From Candidatus Daviesbacteria bacterium (lineage in GTDB: Bacteria; Patescibacteriota; Microgenomatia; Daviesbacterales; UBA10151), in contig JACPKP010000004.1 of NCBI GenBank assembly GCA_016186955.1, positions 5,942 through 69,941 of the forward strand: DNA of 64,000 nt. The letters run 5' to 3'. How positions within the stretch are numbered: the stretch's first letter is position 1; each line of letters opens with the position of its first letter. Shown here one piece after another: positions 56,772-64,000 of this stretch. The notes below the pieces were generated by a model. That model was not told the origin of the DNA. It made no database searches and worked only from the letters and a program-made list of their open reading frames with translations. The translations under genes and the position numbers were made by a program.

Positions 56772-57464
56772 TTATGAATAGGTTTTTTCGAATATTTCCT
56801 TGTAAAAGGGGTCATTAACAATAACTTTTAAAGGTTTGCCTAAAACATCTCCAGTTATTTGAGGGAGAATCTCGTATAACTGTTTTAATGCATCAGGTAC
56901 CCCACTTGCAAGGGCATAGAAAGTTTTTCCGTCAGTTACGTGAATACGGCCAACTGTTTCCCTAACTGTATGGGTTTTATTATCAGGTGGAGAAAAATCC
57001 TTGTCATAAATGTACCTATTTTTTGGTATAATTTCAACATAGTATGCAGTAAAGCCGGGGTATTCGCTATCTAATGCATACTTGAGGTTATCGTAAATTA
57101 CTACCTTGTCAGAACCTTTTGTTGTATTGTGCTTATTTTTTATTTCAGCAATTATTTTTTTCCCAACATTCCTTATGTCTATCAAGTGTCCAGTCCCTAA
57201 ATCCTCCCACCCAGGCATAGAGCCCAGGATCCTTTGGTGGAAATCCCCTAATTTGTTTTGCATTGATTTTTGCCCCTGCCTTACCCTTTCTAATTCCACC
57301 CACTTGGATAAAGTTATTCCCTGGATTGAAGCTTCAAACACAGCGGAAAAAGGATCAACAGCATTTTTATAAAAACTCTTTTCTGTCTCTTGCTTAATAT
57401 ATGAGAGCACCCATGAAACGTGTTTATGTAGGTCTTCGTCTTTAATAAATGTAAGTAAAGCCAT
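56772..57464 (-). CDS. putative type II restriction endonuclease (PD-(D/E)XK)
   Basis: 230 aa directly downstream of the C5-MTase. GHLIDIRNVGKKIIAEIKNK is a plausible D...(D/E)xK core. Confidence 0.4.
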   Translation of the reverse strand: MALLTFIKDEDLHKHVSWVLSYIKQETEKSFYKNAVDPFSAVFEASIQGITLSKWVELERVRQGQKSMQNKLGDFHQRILGSMPGWEDLGTGHLIDIRNVGKKIIAEIKNKHNTTKGSDKVVIYDNLKYALDSEYPGFTAYYVEIIPKNRYIYDKDFSPPDNKTHTVRETVGRIHVTDGKTFYALASGVPDALKQLYEILPQITGDVLGKPLKVIVNDPFYKEIFEKTYS

Positions 57465-57471
57465 ATTTGGA

Positions 57472-58134
57472 TTATACCAAATTCTCTTTACTCATACTGA
57501 AGAAGCCTTCACCAGTAACTATGATGTGGTCGAAAAGTTCAATACCGAGTAATTTTCCAGCGTCGGCCAGTTTTGCAGTTATTTTTATATCTTCTTCTGA
57601 AGGGTCAGGATTGCCAGAAGGATGGTTATGGGCAATAATGATTTGGGCGGCGGAGTTACGAATGGCTGGTTCGAAGACTTCGCGCGGATGCACAAGCGAT
57701 TCATTTAATGTACCAATAGAAATAATTTCCCTACATATTTCCTGGTTCCTGGTATCTAAATAAAAAACCATAAAATGCTCCTTTTTAAGATCCCTAATAT
57801 CTTTTAATTGTTCCCAGACATCTTTTGGAGATAAAATTAACTCTGTTTTTTTCTCTTTTAATAAGCGTTTTCCAAGCTCAAAGCAAGCTACAATTTCACA
57901 TGCCTTTGTTTCCCCTAACCCTGTTGTATTTTTTAATGCTTTTACATCGGCCCTTGTTAAATTGTTGCCGGTAAATTTTTTAAGGATTTTATTTGAAAGT
58001 TCAACAACGTTTATACCTTTAATGCCAGTCCCTAAAAGGATAGCTAGAAGCTCTGAATTTGAAAGTTTTTCAGGCCCGTATCTAATCAGTTTTTCCCTTG
58101 GCCGGTCAATTTTTGGTAAATCCTTTATTTTCAT
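57472..58134 (-). CDS. radC: RadC-family (JAB/MPN) protein
   Basis: PREKLIRYGPEKLSNSELLAILLGTGIKG (HhH) and a C-terminal IIAHNHPSGNPDPSEED JAMM motif. Confidence 0.85.
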   Translation of the reverse strand: MKIKDLPKIDRPREKLIRYGPEKLSNSELLAILLGTGIKGINVVELSNKILKKFTGNNLTRADVKALKNTTGLGETKACEIVACFELGKRLLKEKKTELILSPKDVWEQLKDIRDLKKEHFMVFYLDTRNQEICREIISIGTLNESLVHPREVFEPAIRNSAAQIIIAHNHPSGNPDPSEEDIKITAKLADAGKLLGIELFDHIIVTGEGFFSMSKENLV

Positions 58135-58285
58135 ATTTATAGTTTAATATCTGCTTCGTTACATTCCATATAATTTTTTCTCAAATCCAATATTTAACTG
58201 CCTTAAAAGGCTATATGCTCTTGAGTATTTTATCTCTTTTGCCCCCTACAAACAACAAAAATGAGTAAAGAGTGCCGGAGAGATT

Positions 58286-58726
58286 TTACACCAAAATTTT
58301 TTCTCTTTGCAGGTGGAGGGCGCGGGATTCTAAATCTGCAAAACTTGGCATTACAGAGCGGGCTATGGAAAAGGCCCGGGATTTAAAATGTTCTGCAGCG
58401 GATTTGCCATCATGCAAAATCCTTGAGGCAATATTTGCCAGATAATCCAGCTTTAACATATCAGATCCACACCCGCTATGATCATGATGTCCAGACCTTT
58501 CCTCTGCCACAAAGCCCCCGCAAAGGCTGGCCATCATTCCAATGAGCGCCTCCTCTGCCCCAAAACCTGAAAAGGAAATTGAGGTATAACCTAAAGCATT
58601 ACCTTCTGGTATGATGCAAATTTTACAAACTTCCCCTCCTAAACTTTTTGCCACAGCAGCATGGCCAATTTCATGGATTGCCACCTGCTTTTCCTGCTCT
58701 GCTTCTTTCATGAGTAAATTATACAT
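58286..58726 (-). CDS. putative zinc metallopeptidase (HEXXH)
   Basis: AIHEIGHAAV HEXXH motif. 146 aa. Confidence 0.4.
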   Translation of the reverse strand: MYNLLMKEAEQEKQVAIHEIGHAAVAKSLGGEVCKICIIPEGNALGYTSISFSGFGAEEALIGMMASLCGGFVAEERSGHHDHSGCGSDMLKLDYLANIASRILHDGKSAAEHFKSRAFSIARSVMPSFADLESRALHLQREKILV

Positions 58727-58771
58727 GAAAATATTGTGCTTGGGAGGGATGAGTTTTACTGGTTTAAAATT

Positions 58772-59404
58772 TCATTCTAATGTTGGGGTATTTTGATCAG
58801 TATTTTCTATCATTGAAATTTCCCCTGTTTTCCAATTTAATCTTTTTGATGTCCCAAAAGAATAAAAAGCAACATATTTTGCCCTCTTATCTATTATATG
58901 ATCAGACCCGTATAGATATTTTTCTACTTCCTGATTACCGTCAAATAGATTAAAAGGATAGTATGCAATAAATTCCCATTTCTTCTTAGCGAAACCGAAA
59001 GGCACTACCATTAATCTGTAAAATTGCAATTTATTCAATACCGGCACAAAAGCAAAGATCCTGTCTGTTAAACTCGGGTCTTTTTTGCCTGTCCAAAATT
59101 CTTTTTTTAAGGGATATAAATTTTGAAAAATAATTGGTGTAATCATGGCTATATCAAAAACATCCAATATTTCTTTGGCATTTTCATTCTTGCTTATTTT
59201 TGCAGATTCTGTAAACTCTTTAATGCTTGCGATCACACCATTGATATTTATTGCTACTGTTGTTAAAGGGGTACTCATCAAGGGAATAATTTTTGAGGTA
59301 AAAAAAACCGATACCATTAAGGCTTCCTTGGGAAAGTCAGGGGTTAAATAACAATTTCTGTTTTTTAATTTTTTAATCATGTTATGCCCTATTTTGCCAA
59401 ACAT
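58772..59404 (-). CDS. hypothetical protein
   Basis: 210-aa ORF. Confidence 0.4.
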   Translation of the reverse strand: MFGKIGHNMIKKLKNRNCYLTPDFPKEALMVSVFFTSKIIPLMSTPLTTVAININGVIASIKEFTESAKISKNENAKEILDVFDIAMITPIIFQNLYPLKKEFWTGKKDPSLTDRIFAFVPVLNKLQFYRLMVVPFGFAKKKWEFIAYYPFNLFDGNQEVEKYLYGSDHIIDKRAKYVAFYSFGTSKRLNWKTGEISMIENTDQNTPTLE

Positions 59405-59544
59405 TACTTAATCTTGCAAATTTTGCACACAAGTTTACACCCCACGGGTGATTTAGCCCTACAAGCAACAAAAAATTTCCTTCTTGAAAATAGTGTACTT
59501 GGGAGTAAGATGGGTTTTACTGAATGAAAATTTCTATCAATTGT

Positions 59545-59562
59545 TTTGTGACCCGACTCGGA
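59545..59562. repeat. 18-nt direct repeat of the tRNA-Lys 3' end (TTTGTGACCCGACTCGGA); second copy at 59677..59694
   Basis: Exact 18/18 duplication of the last 3 bp of the T-stem, the 3' acceptor strand, the discriminator and 5 nt of trailer, located 132 nt beyond the tRNA 3' end. Confidence 0.8.
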
Positions 59563-59680
59563 TAATATGCCCTCGCTTCACTCGAGCGAACAACTACCCA
59601 CTATCGTGGTGGCGCAGATCGAATCCTCAAACAGATCAAAAAATTCAAAATGACGGCATGGAGCCGTAATTTTGAATTTG

Positions 59681-59752
59681 TGACCCGACTCGGATTCGAA
59701 CCGAGGACCAAAAGCTTAAAAGGCTTCTGCTCTACCGCTGAGCTATCGGGCC
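59681..59752 (-). tRNA. tRNA-Lys (anticodon TTT)
   Basis: Reverse complement gives GGCCCGA-TA-GCTC-AGCGGTA-GAGC-A-GAAGC-CTTTTAA-GCTTT-TGGTC-CTCGG-TTCGAAT-CCGAG-TCGGGTC-A. Confidence 0.85.
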
Positions 59753-59819
59753 ATTGATAATATTTTACCATTTTAGGCATGGAATAATCCACTTCCGCTG
59801 TAGATTAGAGCCTAGAAGT

Positions 59820-60434
59820 CTATAGAATAGCAACTACTCGAGGTATAAAAGATTTTGTTCCTCTTGTTGTTAATCTAAGTCCATTAGATCCCCTTAATAA
59901 TGAAAAGCCAATATATCTTGTATCTGCAACCTCAATAAATCCTTTATCCTTCGTTACCTCACTGGTAACTAAACATCTTCCCAAAAAATTTATCCAACCT
60001 TCTTGATTAGTAATTTGGTTACCTAAGAAATGATAAGATTGCCCAGTTTCCATTAAAAAGCCTCCTCCAAAATGAGGTATAATGCAAGAACGTAATCTCT
60101 CTTCTGTGGTCTGCAGGCCTGCTAATCCCTTACTAAGCGTTAAATCCATCATTAATAAATGTCCTTTGGCACCATCTAATAAATTAACCCTCGAGTCCAA
60201 AGCTATATTTGCTTGTGTTTCTTCTGCAAAAATTAATATTTTAGGGTCTAATCCTCTAAGAAAATTTTCTCTGGAGACAGGAATCATTTCATCTTTCCCC
60301 AACTGAGCAGGTACATATACATATTTCCTATAAAAAACATTAGCTATTTGAGGGTTTTGCCCAACCACAAATTTTGCAGCCTCTATTGTTGTTGCACCAA
60401 CTAAAGATTCAGACATGCTTGGGTGATTATACAC
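59820..60434 (-). CDS. hypothetical protein
   Basis: 204-aa ORF. Confidence 0.4.
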   Translation of the reverse strand: MYNHPSMSESLVGATTIEAAKFVVGQNPQIANVFYRKYVYVPAQLGKDEMIPVSRENFLRGLDPKILIFAEETQANIALDSRVNLLDGAKGHLLMMDLTLSKGLAGLQTTEERLRSCIIPHFGGGFLMETGQSYHFLGNQITNQEGWINFLGRCLVTSEVTKDKGFIEVADTRYIGFSLLRGSNGLRLTTRGTKSFIPRVVAIL

Positions 60435-60736
60435 GAAAAATCCGACCTTGCGGCCGGATTCATCGAGAACCTGCTTTTTTTTAAAATATCTGCTTGCGCA
60501 TCTATTTTTTTGTTATTTTCTTGCGAATACAACAATAAAAACAGGTAAAATGAACTATACACCTATTTTAATCACTTGTCAACCCCCCAAATTGCTGGTT
60601 GGTGAATTCATTTTGTAGCTTGTTGACAAAGGCGGCTTATTGGTTAAAATCAACCATATGGTAGAAAATATTCAGATAAAAAAGACGGTTTTGCGCCATC
60701 TTACCTGGGATAATTACTTAAGTTTAATTCTTTTTT

Positions 60737-61660
60737 ATGTCCATAGAAGGTAGATGCAGATCGGCAGTTTGTCTTGCAGGATATTTTAAAGATGTCGCCG
60801 CGCTTCATTACTCTGCCAAAAGGAGACTTGGGAAGGATGGGATAATCTGGTACCCTGTCAGCTCTTTTCTTCTTCCGTTTTTTAACCAAGTTGCCGGTAA
60901 AAATATTCCAGAAAATACATATCCGCTTATCTCCTACCTTTGGGAATATGCCAGACAAACAGATGATCTGTTCGATAGATCAACAAAATTCCCCAGTTCG
61001 GATGAAACAGATACGGCGACTGCCTCTGCAAGGGGGAAACTGATAACCGCTATCCAAAAAGCGGAAATTACGGATCTCCAAAAAAATGAGCTGACTGATG
61101 AGATTAGGGAGCTTAGGGAAAGAGTGTATCAAGCTTTTGAGGACCAAAACAATTGGATTAAACAGCCATCTTTTGAAAAAGCATTTAATTACAGAAAAAA
61201 TTCCAGCCTGCTTTTAATGAGAAAAATAGCAGTAATGGGTAATATTCTTGCACTTACATCTGATGAAAGAAAAAAACGGGTTGAAGATTGCCTTGAAGAT
61301 ATAGGGGTTATTATGCAGTTTATAGACGATTTGATGGATGTTGAAGAAGATTCTTTATTGGACGGAAACCTTATACATGCCGTGTTGCATGATGAGGACG
61401 AACAGGAATTATTTACCCGGGCCTTGAGTTTGGCGCCTGATCAGACAGGACTATTTAAGCTGCTGGAGGATTCAGCCCCCAAAACAAAACTTTTTATTTC
61501 AAGGATTATTGCCCAGTCGTTGGCAAATTTGGAAAGTAACTCCTTCAGTGTGGGAATATCGGTCAAGTTCTTTACCGGTTTGCTTTTAAAAAATGTAAAA
61601 ATTTCAAGGCAAAAAAGGGATTTTTTAAGCAAGTTTGCCAATGAGATGCACAGGCTTTAA
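60737..61660 (+). CDS. hypothetical protein
   Basis: 307-aa ORF, alpha-helical and acidic. Confidence 0.4.
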   Translation: MSIEGRCRSAVCLAGYFKDVAALHYSAKRRLGKDGIIWYPVSSFLLPFFNQVAGKNIPENTYPLISYLWEYARQTDDLFDRSTKFPSSDETDTATASARGKLITAIQKAEITDLQKNELTDEIRELRERVYQAFEDQNNWIKQPSFEKAFNYRKNSSLLLMRKIAVMGNILALTSDERKKRVEDCLEDIGVIMQFIDDLMDVEEDSLLDGNLIHAVLHDEDEQELFTRALSLAPDQTGLFKLLEDSAPKTKLFISRIIAQSLANLESNSFSVGISVKFFTGLLLKNVKISRQKRDFLSKFANEMHRL

Positions 61661-61770
61661 GTCAGTTGGAGCGCTTGTTTGAAAGAAAGCCCAGCCTAGC
61701 TGGGCTGAAATCTCACTTTCATGAGACACTCCTTTTTATGGAAGTTTTAAGAGTATAACACACCCTATAG

Positions 61771-62697
61771 TTGTATGTCAAGGTGGTAGACAAAGGGTAT
61801 ATAATAAGGGATATGGTTGAGAAAAATAATGGTTTACCGGAAATTTCTGAGAACCTGAAAGTAAAAATTGGCATAATAGGTTATGGAATTGTAGGTATGG
61901 CGCTGGCCGGTGGTTTTAATCAGGACCATATCTCTTACTTTGATAAATACAAACCAAGCCGGCCCTTGGAGAAGGTAGTAAAAGATTCGGAGTTCATATT
62001 TATATGTCTGCCGACCCCGATGTTTGCTGATGAATCAGGTATTGACTTATCAATCATTGAAGAAAATATTGCCAAAATTACCCCCCTTACAAAAAATACC
62101 GACAAGATAATTGTTATAAAATCTACAGTTGTACCCGGGACTACTGAAAAATTTGAGAAGAAGTATCCCAAAAGTAAATTTGCTTTCAACCCTGAATTTT
62201 TAACCGAAGCTAACTCCTTTGATGATTTTAAAAACGCTGACAGAACAATAATCGGGGCTAGCAATAATCTGGTTTCCAGAAGGTTGGCTATGCTATACCA
62301 AATCCGTTTCCCCAAGTCCCGTATTTACCAGACAGACCCGACCAGCGCCGAGATGGTAAAATATATGGCTAATGCTTACCTTGCCACCAAGGTGATTTTT
62401 GCAAACCAGATGGATGCTCTTTGCCAAAGCTTAGGTATAAGATACGAAGAGGTGAAAAAAATGGTGGTGGCAGACCAGAGAATTGAAGATACACATCTTG
62501 ATGTGACAACAGAAAGAGGGTTTGGGGGAAAATGTTTTCCTAAAGATATAGTGGCATTAATTGCTGAAGCAGACAAAAGAGGTGTTGACCTTTCCCTGGT
62601 AAAAGAGGTTTGGAAAATAAATAAGCATATCAGGCAAAAGCATGACTGGGTGGAGATCCCTTTTGCCACCTCAGAAAAAAATGATGAATTGGGTTGA
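61771..62697 (+). CDS. nucleotide-sugar (UDP-glucose/GDP-mannose) dehydrogenase family protein
   Basis: N-terminal Rossmann KIGIIGYGIVGMALAGGF and the central VIKSTVVPGTTE. 308 aa is short for the family. Confidence 0.65.
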   Translation: MYVKVVDKGYIIRDMVEKNNGLPEISENLKVKIGIIGYGIVGMALAGGFNQDHISYFDKYKPSRPLEKVVKDSEFIFICLPTPMFADESGIDLSIIEENIAKITPLTKNTDKIIVIKSTVVPGTTEKFEKKYPKSKFAFNPEFLTEANSFDDFKNADRTIIGASNNLVSRRLAMLYQIRFPKSRIYQTDPTSAEMVKYMANAYLATKVIFANQMDALCQSLGIRYEEVKKMVVADQRIEDTHLDVTTERGFGGKCFPKDIVALIAEADKRGVDLSLVKEVWKINKHIRQKHDWVEIPFATSEKNDELG

Positions 62698-63637
62698 CCT
62701 GGTGATTTTAGTTTTGTTGGCGTTTTTTGTGATAGAAGGATTTTCCAAGTCCTTTATTTCAGAGCTGCTGGATTTTTTCTCATTCCTGCTGGCTTTTATA
62801 CTTTCAGTCCGTTTTTATAACCTGCCGGCCCTATTTTTTGAAAATAACTTTCAGATTCCTCATTCCTTGAGCAATGTTTTGGGTTTTGCTACTGCCTGGT
62901 TTTTGGTAGAGACTGTTTTTTTGGGGATTACACCAACCATACTGTTAAAAATTCCCGCGGTTTCAAAAATCAACAAGCTGACAATACTGACAATTATCCC
63001 CTCGCTTTTTAAGGGTTTGGTTTTAGTGACGGTTTTACTGCTTTTGATTGGTACGTTTCCGGTTCAACCGAAGGTCAAAATAGCAGTTGAAGATTCTCAA
63101 ATCGGGTCAAAGATTTTGGGATATGCCAGAAATCTCGAGATGCCCCTTAAAAATATCTTCGGGGGGATTACAACGGATAGCCTGACGTTTTTAACCATCA
63201 AGCCAAAAAGCGATGAAAGGGTTGCTTTGGGTTTTCAGACAGACCAGTTTTATCCCAGTGAGGTTTTGGAAAACCGGATGATCGAACTGGTCAATAAAGA
63301 AAGGGTTAACCAGGGATTTAAGCCGCTTACATTCAATGCTAAATTAAAGGAGGTGGCAAGAAGCCATTCGGCTGATATGTTCAAAAGAGGTTATTTTTCC
63401 CATTACTCACCAGAGGGAAAATCCGTGGCAGAACGGGCTGAAAATTATGGAGTTGAGTATTTGGTGATAGGTGAAAATTTAGCCTATGCGCCAAATTTGG
63501 AACTTGCCCACAGCGGACTGATGAATTCCCCAGGCCACAGGGCCAATATTTTATCCCCTGATTTTAATGAAATAGGGATTGGAATTATGGATGGTGGAGT
63601 TTATGGGCTGATGGTGACTCAGGTGTTTACTAATTAA
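62681..63637 (+). CDS. CvpA-like membrane domain fused to a CAP/SCP (YkwD-like) domain
   Basis: MNWVDLVILVLLAFFVIEG is a CvpA-type start (the track ORF begins upstream at 62642). The C-terminus ...ARSHSADMFKRGYFSHYSPEGKS...GENLAY...HSGLMNSPGHRANIL is a CAP domain. Confidence 0.55.
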   Translation: MMNWVDLVILVLLAFFVIEGFSKSFISELLDFFSFLLAFILSVRFYNLPALFFENNFQIPHSLSNVLGFATAWFLVETVFLGITPTILLKIPAVSKINKLTILTIIPSLFKGLVLVTVLLLLIGTFPVQPKVKIAVEDSQIGSKILGYARNLEMPLKNIFGGITTDSLTFLTIKPKSDERVALGFQTDQFYPSEVLENRMIELVNKERVNQGFKPLTFNAKLKEVARSHSADMFKRGYFSHYSPEGKSVAERAENYGVEYLVIGENLAYAPNLELAHSGLMNSPGHRANILSPDFNEIGIGIMDGGVYGLMVTQVFTN

Positions 63638-63674
63638 TCCTAAAAGTGTAAAGTGCAAAGTGAAAAATAAGTCT

Positions 63675-64000
63675 ATGTTAAGCGCTAACCAGGTTAAGCT
63701 GATCATAGTCAGTGTTATTACCCTCACTTTAAGCGGGTTCTTATTTTATCAAGGGTTAAAGCCCCAAAGTACAACCTCACAGGATAAAGAAAGCAAAATA
63801 TCCCAGGGGCAAAAGGCTGGCCAGACTGGTACCAAAGAGGGACAGGATGCTTCAGGATCTGCAGAAGGGCAAAACCTGGTTACAGTGTCAAGGGTGGTTG
63901 ATGGGGATACAATCGAGGTGGTATATTTGGGCCAGGCCAGGAAATTAAGGTATATCGGTGTAAACACCCCGGAGACTGTTGACCCCAGAAGGCCGGTGCA
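63675..64000 (+). CDS. thermonuclease (SNase-like) family protein, 5' partial at window end
   Basis: Signal-like N-terminus then VVDGDTIEVVYLGQARKLRYIGVNTPETV (the GDTI...IRLIGVDAPE motif). No stop before the window end. Confidence 0.5.
   Translation, partial: MLSANQVKLIIVSVITLTLSGFLFYQGLKPQSTTSQDKESKISQGQKAGQTGTKEGQDASGSAEGQNLVTVSRVVDGDTIEVVYLGQARKLRYIGVNTPETVDPRRPV

Noticed and set aside
63749-63967. 72-aa minus-strand ORF at the window end
   Set aside because: It lies antisense to the better-supported thermonuclease-like + strand ORF (GDTI...GVNTPE motif). It has no start context or motif.

Overview
The window is AT-rich, gene-dense bacterial sequence with small overlapping genes, looking like a streamlined, possibly CPR/Patescibacteria-like genome (speculative). 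Four blocks stand out. (1) 0.5-11.6 kb is an ABC-transporter-dependent glycan assembly/export cluster (Wzx-like protein, Wzm, Wzt with a C-terminal extension, methyltransferases, a kinase-like/coiled-coil protein, GT2/GT4/GT-C transferases). (2) 13.3-18.6 kb is a small integrated element next to tRNA-Gly carrying a frameshifted large serine recombinase, an Xis-like HTH, a P-loop kinase and a THUMP-type methyltransferase. (3) 19-28 kb is an accessory region: two small GIY-YIG genes, a G+C-rich ORF-free structured segment, a tRNA-Asp with an upstream partial duplicate, a zeta-kinase/DUF2188 pair, and an array of unrelated hypothetical genes punctuated by a conserved ~70-nt intergenic element present five times. 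(4) 28-51 kb is a housekeeping block (polX, lemA, hicBA, htpX, gatCAB, dnaE, rplS, rnhB, yraN, UPF0182, dedA, typA), followed at 51-60 kb by a mobile/defence-like block (solo Cas4-like nuclease, rhuM, Bro-N, Vsr + C5-MTase + putative REase, radC) ending at tRNA-Lys. Six tRNAs are present (Val, Thr, Gly, Asp, Glu, Lys). Three independent insertions (GIY-YIG, hicBA, rhuM) are each flanked by an imperfect duplication of the 5' end of the downstream target. gatB, the serine recombinase and one hypothetical gene are interrupted at homopolymer tracts.
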